A DNA stretch of 64,000 nucleotides from Sedimentisphaerales bacterium (GTDB lineage Bacteria > Planctomycetota > Phycisphaerae > Sedimentisphaerales > SM23-30): contig CAXXMR010000013.1 of the NCBI GenBank assembly GCA_963663805.2, forward strand, positions 320,001-384,000, in the 5' to 3' direction. Of the stretch, positions 1 through 8,429 are shown piece by piece. The position numbers were made by a program, and so were the translations under genes. The number at the start of each line of letters is the position of its first letter. The stretch's first letter is position 1. The notes beneath the pieces are model-generated. The model was not told where the DNA came from. It ran no database searches and was given only the letters and a program-made list of their open reading frames with translations.

Positions 1-31
1 AGTATTAGAACCATACTTGAAAAGGATCAAA

Positions 32-436
32 ATGAGTTCAACAAAAACATGTCCCTATTGTAGCGAAGAGATTTTGTCTGCCGCAATAAAATGTAGACAT
101 TGTGGGGAATTCTTTAACAATGGCTCATCACGAACAAATAGTTATCAATCGGATTACCGTAATATTGATTATGGCATTACAATTAATTCTCGAAATAATA
201 CATTAGCGACTATCGCTTTTGTCCTGTCTCTGATTTCAATTTTTACTGGATTTACCTGTTTGCCAGCTATTATTTGTGGCCATATAGCCATATCACAATG
301 CAACAATGACCCCTCATTGACAGGCAGAGGGATGGCTGTGGCAGCTTTGGTTATTGGATATGTAATCTTTATTGGAGGAATAATTATTGGATTATTTTTA
401 CTGGGAATATTTGGTGCTGCTGTAAGTGGAATGTAA
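32..436 (+). CDS. Zinc-ribbon + DUF4190-like membrane protein
   Basis: CPYC..C..C ribbon, then LA.IAFVLS..PAIICGHIA..GRGMAVAALVIGY. Confidence 0.75.
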   Translation: MSSTKTCPYCSEEILSAAIKCRHCGEFFNNGSSRTNSYQSDYRNIDYGITINSRNNTLATIAFVLSLISIFTGFTCLPAIICGHIAISQCNNDPSLTGRGMAVAALVIGYVIFIGGIIIGLFLLGIFGAAVSGM

Positions 437-459
437 GTTAGGGCAGATTATTAAACTCC

Positions 460-780
460 ATGACCAGTTCAAATCCCAAGTTCAATGTTGGCAAAATAAC
501 AATCACTTTATTTGCTCAACTTGCCCTTGAAAGATCAGGTCAAAAAATAGATGAATTCCTGAATCAGCATAAAAAAGGAATCTGGGGCGAGATAACAAAG
601 GAAGAAACAGAAGAAAATGAGAAAACTGTTATCAGTAAAAATAGAAATGGGAAGAAGATCATTTCCTCTCATGTAACTTCATTTCAGGAATACCTATGGA
701 TCATAACTGAGTTCAGTAAAAATATGACTATAGTTCTGTTGCCTCATGAATATGAAAGATTTTTTGAAAATGGAAAATGA
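460..780 (+). CDS. Hypothetical protein of a plasmid/MGE-associated family
   Basis: KF.VG..TIT, H..G.WG, LWIITE...T.VLLP.EY pattern typical of small MGE proteins. Confidence 0.55.
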   Translation: MTSSNPKFNVGKITITLFAQLALERSGQKIDEFLNQHKKGIWGEITKEETEENEKTVISKNRNGKKIISSHVTSFQEYLWIITEFSKNMTIVLLPHEYERFFENGK

Positions 781-892
781 ATGATTGTCAGGGACAGTTT
801 TGAGATATTTTAGGGGAAAATACTTCAAGAATTATGTGAAAAATGGATATAACTATAATAAAGAAAAGGTATTAAGAATAATGAGAAATATA

Positions 893-920
893 TTGCTTAA
901 ATAAAGGGACATGCTATAAT
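893..920 (+). promoter_or_regulatory. Sigma70-type promoter for the PEP-CTERM gene
   Basis: TTGCTT-N16-TATAAT with TG extension. Confidence 0.55.
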
Positions 921-992
921 GACTATTAGTCCCTAGGGCTTTGTTGTTTTGGACCAGGGGCGGATTGATTCTGTTTGAAAAGTATTTTGAGC

Positions 993-1050
993 AAACGTCC
1001 GAGAGAGAGATGGTGATAGTGTGCACCATTTCTTTCTTGGACGTTTTTTT
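993..1050 (+). terminator. Long leader hairpin + U tract (possible attenuator)
   Basis: 23-bp stem aaacgtccgagagagagatggtg/caccatttctttcttggacgttt with three G.U pairs, followed by T run. Confidence 0.65.
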
Positions 1051-1099
1051 GTGCGGATGTAAAAAGAAAAGGTTAATACTTATTAAGGAGAACTGGAAA

Positions 1100-1873
1100 A
1101 TGAAAAAACTATTATTATTATGTTTAGGGCTAATTCTAGTTTCTATCTCTGAAGTTCAAGCGAACTTATCAGATGGGTTAGTGGCTTGTTATCCTTTTAG
1201 CGGAAATGCTGATGATATGAGCGTAAATAATCTTGATGGAACAGTTTTCGAAGCATCTTTAACAAATGACAGATTTGATAATCCAGAACAGGCATATTTT
1301 TTTGATGGGCAGAATGATTATATAGAGGTTGAAAATACAGGTGGTGCATTTGACTTGGTGAATTCATGGTCAATATCTGTTTGGGCAAAGCCCGCTGAAC
1401 CGATTAATTTGCCTTCAGGTATTGGAGCACCTGTGGTATGGAAAACTGCTTTTGTGGGAGATAATAAGCAGACATTCACTTTGGGATGGGAAGGTGACAA
1501 AATCCTGCTGCGAATGGAAAGGGCTTCTAATGATGAAGATGTTAAACTGTTTTCAGCAGAGCCATATAATAATCTAACTGACTGGATCCATATTGTTGGC
1601 ACATATGATGGAAATACTATGAGTCTGTATTTAGATGGGGCACTCAATAATAGCCGTGATGTAGGTGAAGTAATTGCTTATACCGGTCCTGCTCCCTTGA
1701 GAATTGGAAATGACCAATATTCAGGAGGAAGTGTTTTTCATGGTGCTATAGATGATGTGCGTATCTATAATCGTGCCCTCTCGGAAGAGGAAGTTTTAAG
1801 TTTGGTCCCCGAACCAGCAACTCTTTCCCTTTTCGCTATAGGAGCTTTATCTTTAAGAAGAAGAAAATCCTAA
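1100..1873 (+). CDS. LamG/concanavalin-like domain PEP-CTERM surface protein
   Basis: Signal peptide MKKLLLL, GLVA.YPF.GNA.D, W.HIVGTYDG, F.GAIDDVRIYNRALS, VPEPATLSLFAIGALSLRRRKS; RBS aaggag. Confidence 0.9.
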   Translation: MKKLLLLCLGLILVSISEVQANLSDGLVACYPFSGNADDMSVNNLDGTVFEASLTNDRFDNPEQAYFFDGQNDYIEVENTGGAFDLVNSWSISVWAKPAEPINLPSGIGAPVVWKTAFVGDNKQTFTLGWEGDKILLRMERASNDEDVKLFSAEPYNNLTDWIHIVGTYDGNTMSLYLDGALNNSRDVGEVIAYTGPAPLRIGNDQYSGGSVFHGAIDDVRIYNRALSEEEVLSLVPEPATLSLFAIGALSLRRRKS

Positions 1874-1897
1874 AATAATAACTGACAATTTCCTTAC

Positions 1898-1933
1898 GAA
1901 AGGCTGTATGGTTTCGGCTATACAGCCTTTTTT
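1898..1933. terminator. Bidirectional intrinsic terminator
   Basis: aaaggctgta...tacagcctttttt between convergent genes. Confidence 0.75.
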
Positions 1934-2440
1934 ATAATTCCAAATATTTACTCGAACAATCATCTGGTTTTACATGTAAATATCTTGAAGTTGTCTGAAT
2001 CGAACTATGCCCTAAACTTTGCTGAACGACATGGAGAGGGGCTTTTTCTGCTGAAATAGATGCATGAGCATGACGAAGATGATGATTTGCTATATTCTTC
2101 TTTATCCCAGCCTTTTTTCCTGCTTTCTTTACTATCCTCAAAGAAGTAGTAGGATGCATTTTAGAGTTTATATTTTTGCCGCGAAATATAAAATATTCAT
2201 CAGGAGCAGCCCCTCTATAATTCATTAATTCAGACCATAGAGGTTCAGGAATAAGAAGGGTTGGGTATGAATACTTTTTCCATGCAGCCAGAGTTGAATA
2301 AGTTCTTGATCCGTATCAGCTTGAGAAGGAATAATATTAGTCGGCTGAAATTGGGGAGAAGTTAGATCCTGAACGGCCTTATTTTCAGGATGCAGGATTA
2401 TATGGTTAATCGTGCATTTTTCAGGGCAGGAATAAGGCAT
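1932..2440 (-). pseudogene. Internally deleted tyrosine recombinase (paralog of 4160-5074)
   Basis: N-fragment QADTDQELIQLWLHGKSIHTQ matches QADNDDQLIELWLHGRSKHTQ; C-fragment has HHLRHAHAS, LGHSSIQTTSRYLH; middle missing. Confidence 0.85.
2390..2417. promoter_or_regulatory. res/dif-like 11-6-11 palindrome
   Basis: atgcaggatta-tatggt-taatcgtgcat, one mismatch between arms. Confidence 0.6.
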
Positions 2441-2578
2441 GTTTTAGATTCCTATTCGGCAAAAAGTAATTATAAAATAGAGCTATACTTATACATGGAC
2501 CTATTTTAGGGGAGACTTACCGAAATATGCCGTATTGGGGATTATTTATATAATTCGAGGCGAAATAATCTGACTTAA

Positions 2579-2741
2579 TCACCCCTATAGGGTATAATAG
2601 CATCTGCCTAAGACAGTAATCTGAATATTTGCCCATAAAAAATGCCATTTTCACCCCTTTAGGGTATAAAAACATTTACTTTCTGCTTTGTTTAGCCGAT
2701 AGTATTCGAATGAAAGCTATATTTATACCCTAGAGGGATTA
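2579..2741. promoter_or_regulatory. Three putative HipB operators
   Basis: tcacccctatagggtataa (2579), tcacccctttagggtataa (2651), inverted ttataccctagagggatta (2723). Confidence 0.65.
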
Positions 2742-2743
2742 TT

Positions 2744-2938
2744 ATGACGCTAGCTAAGGAAATTAAAGAAATGCGTAAGGCTGCTGGGTTGACCCAGGAT
2801 GATATATCCAAGCGGGCGGGAGTTGGCTTGCGATTCGTCCGTGAATTGGAACAGGGTAAGCCCACTGTCCGCCTTGATAAAGTTAAACAGGTCTTAGACC
2901 TTTTAGGTTATGAACTTTGTATAAGGCGTAAATCATGA
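2744..2938 (+). CDS. hipB: HipB-type (Y4mF-like) HTH antitoxin/regulator
   Basis: GLTQ..AGVGLRFVRELEQGKPTVRLDKV; upstream of split HipA. Confidence 0.85.
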   Translation: MTLAKEIKEMRKAAGLTQDDISKRAGVGLRFVRELEQGKPTVRLDKVKQVLDLLGYELCIRRKS

Positions 2939-3258
2939 CCCGCAGAGCTAGAGTTTTCTATCGCAAGATGTTTGCAGGTGTCTTGAGCGAAAAAGCCCAA
3001 GGTGGGTACCGTTTTGTCTATGATGCAGACTATCTGGAGAAAGGTCAGGCGATATCGCTTACACTTCCTCTGCAAGAAGAGTGCTTTGAGTCTGATGTAA
3101 TGTTTCCATTTTTTGCAGGTCTCATCCCTGAAGGCTGGTATCTTCACATTGTTGCTCCCACGATCAAGGTAGATGAACATGATACTTTTGGATTGCTGAT
3201 GCGAACCTGTGGCGATTGCATTGGTGCTGTCAGTTTACAGGAGTTGAATGATGAGTAG
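2935..3258 (+). CDS. hipS: HipS-like antitoxin (HipA N-terminal domain protein)
   Basis: Y.F.Y, AISLTLP, FPFFAGLIPEGW; ATGA overlap with hipB. Confidence 0.85.
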   Translation: MTRRARVFYRKMFAGVLSEKAQGGYRFVYDADYLEKGQAISLTLPLQEECFESDVMFPFFAGLIPEGWYLHIVAPTIKVDEHDTFGLLMRTCGDCIGAVSLQELNDE

Positions 3259-4138
3259 AGTTAACTATACTGACAAACAACTTATAGCTATGTTTGGCAA
3301 GCCCATTCGCCCGGCAATCCCGATCAGTCTTGAGGAAATCTCTATTGAGGCTCAAAAACTTGCAGGAAAACTTAGCATATCCGGTGTTCAGCCAAAATTA
3401 TCTGTTCGTCTTGAGGGTGATAAGTTTCGACCTGTTGCTGTTGATGGTCAATTTATCCTCAAACCACAAACACAGCAGTTTGCAGAACTTCCGCAAAACG
3501 AGTATCTCTGTATGCAAATGGGGGGAAAGTTTGGTCTCAATACAGCTGAATCAATTTTATTGGAACTATCGGATGGGACAGGAGCTTACCTTGTCAAAAG
3601 GTTTGACCGTTTCAAAAAAGGCAGACGAATGGAAAAACTTGCTTGTGAAGACATGCATCAAATCCTGGGTGGACCGAATAAATACGCTGGCAGTTGTGAA
3701 CAGATAGCAAAGGTGATAAGCCAGTATTGTAATTTTGCACCGCTTGAATTGCAGCGTTTTTTTGAAATGCTGATATTCAATTTTGTTATTGGTAATGGTG
3801 ATGCACATCGCAAAAACTTTTCACTTTTAACTAACGAAAAAGGGATAGTCGCCCTAAGCCCTGTATACGACCTCGTATCTTCAAGATTGGTCATTCCTGA
3901 AGAAGATGATGAAATGGCACTAACCATAAACGGCAAACGCAATCGCCTTTGTAAAAAAGATTTTATTTCTTTTGCTGTAAATATCGGCATTGATGTCAAC
4001 TACGCAGAAAAAAGAATTTCAGAGTTAATAGAACTTAAGGATTATTTTTCTGTCATGGTAAGTGAATCTACACTAACTTTGCATCTGCGTCAAAAGCTTA
4101 GCGACATTATAACAGAACGGCTAGTTTGCCTAAAATAG
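3248..4138 (+). CDS. hipT: HipT-like Ser/Thr kinase toxin
   Basis: SISGVQPK Gly-rich loop, YLVKRFDR, GNGDAHRKNFS, LSPVYD. Confidence 0.88.
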   Translation: MMSRVNYTDKQLIAMFGKPIRPAIPISLEEISIEAQKLAGKLSISGVQPKLSVRLEGDKFRPVAVDGQFILKPQTQQFAELPQNEYLCMQMGGKFGLNTAESILLELSDGTGAYLVKRFDRFKKGRRMEKLACEDMHQILGGPNKYAGSCEQIAKVISQYCNFAPLELQRFFEMLIFNFVIGNGDAHRKNFSLLTNEKGIVALSPVYDLVSSRLVIPEEDDEMALTINGKRNRLCKKDFISFAVNIGIDVNYAEKRISELIELKDYFSVMVSESTLTLHLRQKLSDIITERLVCLK

Positions 4139-4159
4139 TGATTGTAATAGTGGAGTCTA

Positions 4160-5074
4160 TCATTTCAAATATTTACTACTGGACTCCGTTGGTCTTGCGT
4201 GAAGATAACGCCCCGTAGTTGCAATGGAACTATGATTCAACTGCTTCTGCACCAGATGAATCGGACAGCCATTTTCAAGAGCATGAGATGCATGAGAGTG
4301 TCTGAACCAATGAGGCGTAGCATTCTTGCCCAAAACTTTTACTGCAATTTTCTTAAGCATTTTAGAGATATAATCCGGATTTAAATGTCCTCCTTTTTGG
4401 CTCTCAAAGATAGGATAATTTTCTAATTTTATGCCCCTATATTTTAGCAGATCCTCATACAGATGAATAGGCAGTAAAATAGTATTTGTCTTATCGCCTT
4501 TTCCTAAAACATTAAGAATAGCCCCATTTGGAGTCTCTGAAATATCTTTCCATTTTAGAGAAACAAGTTCTGATATTCTCAATCCTGTATAATATAGAGT
4601 TTTTATGATAAGTTGATTCCTCTGATTTTCTATGGAATCAATTAATTTATGAACTTCATCTTCAGATAAGATTCGTTCTGCCAGTTTATTTTTGCCCTTG
4701 GGAATGATAAGTGGTTTTCCTGTATCATAAGGCAGATAGCCTATTTTATGAGCATAAGCAAATAGACTCTTAATACTCGCTAAAGTTCTTCTGACTGAAT
4801 TTAATGATAAAGATTGAGTTAAAAGAAAGTCAGAATAATCCTGCAAAAACTTCAATTTGCAAGATTTCAAGGGCTGATTGACATAAGCAAAGAATCCCTG
4901 AATATCCTTCATGTAGGCTCTTTGAGTATGCTTACTCCTGCCATGCAGCCAAAGTTCAATTAATTGATCATCATTATCTGCCTGTTGAGTAACCAGGTCA
5001 GATGGATTGTTGGATAACACCTGATAATTGCTGTTATCAGACATTTTTGAGATTATTTGACTACAATTAGACAT
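4160..5074 (-). CDS. Tyrosine recombinase (XerC/D-like resolvase); true start may be downstream of 5074
   Basis: TGLRISEL, GKGDK, PHWFRHSHASH, LNHSSIATTGRY. Confidence 0.92.
   Translation of the reverse strand: MSNCSQIISKMSDNSNYQVLSNNPSDLVTQQADNDDQLIELWLHGRSKHTQRAYMKDIQGFFAYVNQPLKSCKLKFLQDYSDFLLTQSLSLNSVRRTLASIKSLFAYAHKIGYLPYDTGKPLIIPKGKNKLAERILSEDEVHKLIDSIENQRNQLIIKTLYYTGLRISELVSLKWKDISETPNGAILNVLGKGDKTNTILLPIHLYEDLLKYRGIKLENYPIFESQKGGHLNPDYISKMLKKIAVKVLGKNATPHWFRHSHASHALENGCPIHLVQKQLNHSSIATTGRYLHARPTESSSKYLK
5017..5044. promoter_or_regulatory. res/dif-like palindrome at the 5' end of the recombinase
   Basis: ctgataa-ttgctg-ttatcag core with 6-bp spacer. Confidence 0.55.
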
Positions 5075-5150
5075 TGAACGGGCTCCATTTCAACAGCAAT
5101 TATACAACATTAATGCAGTATTTAGGCTAAAGTTGTTCATAATATGAACA

Positions 5151-5591
5151 TCATTTCGACTTCAAAAATCGAAATAATTCTCTGATTATGACTCCATTAT
5201 CTAATCCCTCAATTCCTTGGGGATACAATTCCGAGAGGCATTTTGATACTTCTTTGATAGAACATTTCAGCCCCATACCATTAAGCGTTTCCATGTATTC
5301 CTGATATAGGGGATCAATTTTTTTAGACATTTTAAGGTTAGTATCTTTTTTTCGCGGAGAATAAAAAAGATGATACTGATTATTAGCTGCTATTCCTGTT
5401 TCTCTGATTTCAAGGCATTGCTGCTGAAGTTCAGCATTATACATCGGTCTATGAGTTCGCAAATCATAGATGGGTTGAGGTAATATTCCCTGCTCCAGTA
5501 ATTGATAGAATCTGGCTCTGCTCAAATTCAGAATCTGAGCCATTTCAGTAATTGAAACAATTTGTTTTTTTGACATCATTTTATTACTCAT
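5151..5591 (-). CDS. Excisionase/AlpA-like HTH fused to a putative RuvA domain III-like C-terminus
   Basis: N-term SITEMAQILNLSRARFYQLLEQGILPQP; C-term QEYMETLNGMGLK..KEVSKCLSEL...IIRELFRFL. Confidence 0.65.
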   Translation of the reverse strand: MSNKMMSKKQIVSITEMAQILNLSRARFYQLLEQGILPQPIYDLRTHRPMYNAELQQQCLEIRETGIAANNQYHLFYSPRKKDTNLKMSKKIDPLYQEYMETLNGMGLKCSIKEVSKCLSELYPQGIEGLDNGVIIRELFRFLKSK

Positions 5592-5637
5592 CTGACTTCA
5601 TTTCTCCATCATTTAGACATTTAAATTTAAAAAATAT

Positions 5638-6609
5638 TCAACAACTGTTCAAATGCTCATTTGCCTTCAATGTTATCTCTCTATGAGAACATTTATTTTT
5701 TTCTATAAGTCCTTCCTGCAATAAATATGGCTCGATAACATTTTTAATTGTTTGAGTAGGAAGAGCCAGTTTAGATGAAATAACATTTAATGCAGATGGG
5801 CCATTCTCTTTTAAGATATTGAGATATTTTCTTTCAAGTTCATCCAACCCTAATTCATCGATTTGTAATAGTTCAAATGCAGAAAACGAATCATCTAAAG
5901 TAATAGCATTTCTACCTTGAGAAGAACAAACATTCCAGCATTGCTGAAGAATTCTGTTTAAGGCGATTCTAGGAGTTTTTTTGCTTCTTTTCGCAATTTC
6001 TAATAATACCTTTTTTGACGCAATATCCCATTTTAAGGCTAATGCTCTCTGTCTTATAATTTCTACTAAATCATTAATGGAATAATGTTCAAAGCGACAA
6101 TATATTCTCATGCGATTTCTTAATGCATCTTGAAGATAATATTCATGAGTTGTTGCCATTATTAGAGTAAAATTCTCCAGAGGAACAACCCTATTAAGAT
6201 TATTTGAACCTTGTTTAGGCAGATAGATTACTTTCTCTGAAAGAGCAGTTAAAAGAATATGTTGAGAGCGAGAGTTCATACCTTGGCATTCATCCACAAA
6301 GACAGTTGTATTTTCTGTTGCTGATAATAATATTGAGATTAATTCTTTGGAATCTGCAAGCATTTCCCCATTAGTCTCTACCAGGTCCAAATTAGCCAGT
6401 TCAGAATGCACAGCCTTCGCCACAAGGCTCTTTCCCGTCCCAGATGGCCCAACAAGCAAGGCTGGGCCAAATGAGCCACCAGAGCCATTCTGACGAGAAT
6501 TAAAGTAGGCTTCAAGATTAACTTTCAATAGATCAACTACTCTATCCTGGCCCTTAATATGGGCCAAAGAGGATATATTTACCTGATTTACATCTGTTCC
6601 AACTGCCAT
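5638..6609 (-). CDS. Divergent RuvB-like AAA+ DNA motor (mobile-element paralog)
   Basis: GPSGTGKS, VFVDECQ, FTLIMATT, ALRNRM, TPRIA, IDELGLD, IEPYLLQEGLI match RuvB motifs in order. Confidence 0.88.
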   Translation of the reverse strand: MAVGTDVNQVNISSLAHIKGQDRVVDLLKVNLEAYFNSRQNGSGGSFGPALLVGPSGTGKSLVAKAVHSELANLDLVETNGEMLADSKELISILLSATENTTVFVDECQGMNSRSQHILLTALSEKVIYLPKQGSNNLNRVVPLENFTLIMATTHEYYLQDALRNRMRIYCRFEHYSINDLVEIIRQRALALKWDIASKKVLLEIAKRSKKTPRIALNRILQQCWNVCSSQGRNAITLDDSFSAFELLQIDELGLDELERKYLNILKENGPSALNVISSKLALPTQTIKNVIEPYLLQEGLIEKNKCSHREITLKANEHLNSC

Positions 6610-7701
6610 TTCTAAATTGTTCCTAAAAAGGCTTATCAACAAATTTATAAGACCAGATTTTTAGTATTCTGGTGGGTTTTCTCAAAAAATGGTGTGGTGT
6701 GATACCGCTAAAGAGCAGTAAAAGCAAGTGGCAAACTTATAAATCCTTATAAAATTATAAGGCAAAATGGAAATGAAACAGGGAGATCGGTCTGTTTTAG
6801 TATTGTTAGAGAGGAATTTAAAGATTTGCTGAATCAGTAAAACCTTATTATGACTCAAAAAATAGAAATAATTTTTATCGATCAAAAGTTTCATCGACCA
6901 ATTTGAAAAAGATGGATGTTCAATCCTGAACAAATCAAATAGAGAATATTTTGATACTCTGGCAAAAATGACTTATGGCTAATCCGCCAGAATGGATAAA
7001 AATGGATTTTATAAAATCAGAAAATATATTTGGCGTAACCCCGCCCCCTAGGGGTAAGAGATTGTGGGACTCCTACCTCAAAAATAGAGTCCCTAAAATC
7101 TGGATTTTTTACACAGGAATTTTTTGGGGGGAAAAATAATAAGAAAAATTATATAGGATGTTATTGGGGTGGTAAGTTTGTTCAAGATTGAACAAAACAA
7201 TATGGCTTGCTGTCGAATACTGACGCAAAAGTCCTGCGTGCTGATAGGTTATACTGGAGGCGTTTTTTTAAAAAAAATATCTTGACAAATTGAGCAATCA
7301 TGACTAATGGAATAGTTATGGTCTTTGTCTCTGCATTTCGTTTTAGCAGTGTAAGGCTGTGTGTGGCGAGAGGACTTTTGGTTACAGTTCTTTTGCTGTT
7401 AAGTTAGTTATAGTTTATTGCGATGTTATTATTGCGGTTGGGTGGAGATATTGCTGTAACTTTCCGGAGTGGGACGTTTTTGTCGTACTTTGGGGTCCAT
7501 ATGACGTTCTGTTTTGTCATATTCGGGGCTTTATCTTTTCGGTCGGTCAGTTTGGGCCTGAGTAGATCAAGTTTAAGCTGATTTTAGGGAATCATGGTGA
7601 ATGTACGCATATTGCGTCAGCAGGACATTTGTGCCTGTTTATGCAAGCAGGGTATGTACGTATAAAATATGTGTAGTTTATGCTTTTTTTGAGGTTTTTG
7701 A

Positions 7702-8391
7702 ATGCCACGACCAATAGTACGGATAGTAAAACAAGTTTTTGTTTATGATGAAGCTTTATTTTTCAAACACTTAGCTTATGAGGAAGTGTGTAAATGGAGT
7801 TCGATAAAATATCTATTTACAAAACGTTTTTGCCATTTTATGACTGCTCAATGTGAAGATGGATCTGTATATTGTGGACAGGTAAGTCCCGATAGGATGT
7901 TTAGTTCTGTAAATGATAAAATTCAAATAATTTATGAAATGTGGTATGACGAGATAAAAGACAAAGGTGCTATTGAAAGTTTCATTCTTTGTCCCAATTG
8001 GCATCCTAAACGTAATTGGCCTATAGCAATTTTTATTTTTTTTATTTTTTGGATACTTGCTGTTGTTTTGTTGTTAGCAGGTATAGTTGGACAAGTATTA
8101 TTTTTTCTGCTTTTTGGGGGTGCTATTGTTTTATTAGCAAATTTTTTGAAGTCACCAAATTTTATTTCAGAAATTTCTCAAAATGATGATTCTTTGAATT
8201 TGATTTTTAGTAGAGGGAATATTAAAAGCTATGCTTTTGAGGAAATATGTGTAGTAAATCTTGATAAGGCTGGGGTTTTAAAAAAGATTAGATTTTCAGA
8301 TGGATACGTTCTTAAAAATATTGAAGGTTTTTCATATTGGGTTGTTCTAAGAGAAAGAATTCTTAATCACAAAAAAGGTCTGATCGATTAA
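7702..8391 (+). CDS. Hypothetical two-TM membrane protein (possible orphan immunity protein)
   Basis: AT-rich ORF with central hydrophobic hairpin, directly before the RHS module. Confidence 0.5.
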   Translation: MPRPIVRIVKQVFVYDEALFFKHLAYEEVCKWSSIKYLFTKRFCHFMTAQCEDGSVYCGQVSPDRMFSSVNDKIQIIYEMWYDEIKDKGAIESFILCPNWHPKRNWPIAIFIFFIFWILAVVLLLAGIVGQVLFFLLFGGAIVLLANFLKSPNFISEISQNDDSLNLIFSRGNIKSYAFEEICVVNLDKAGVLKKIRFSDGYVLKNIEGFSYWVVLRERILNHKKGLID

Positions 8392-8429
8392 ATCATAAAA
8401 CGGATTATTACTGGACGGAAGACTACTGG

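Noticed and set aside
941..1099. N-terminal extension of the PEP-CTERM ORF
   Set aside because: It runs through the leader hairpin; the signal peptide and RBS point to 1100
5638..6642. Housekeeping ruvB
   Set aside because: AT-rich island context, divergent Walker motifs (GPSGTGKS, DECQ), and no ruvA or ruvC adjacent
6682..7565. ORFs 6682-6933 and 7359-7565
   Set aside because: No motifs or convincing RBS; probably noncoding or decayed
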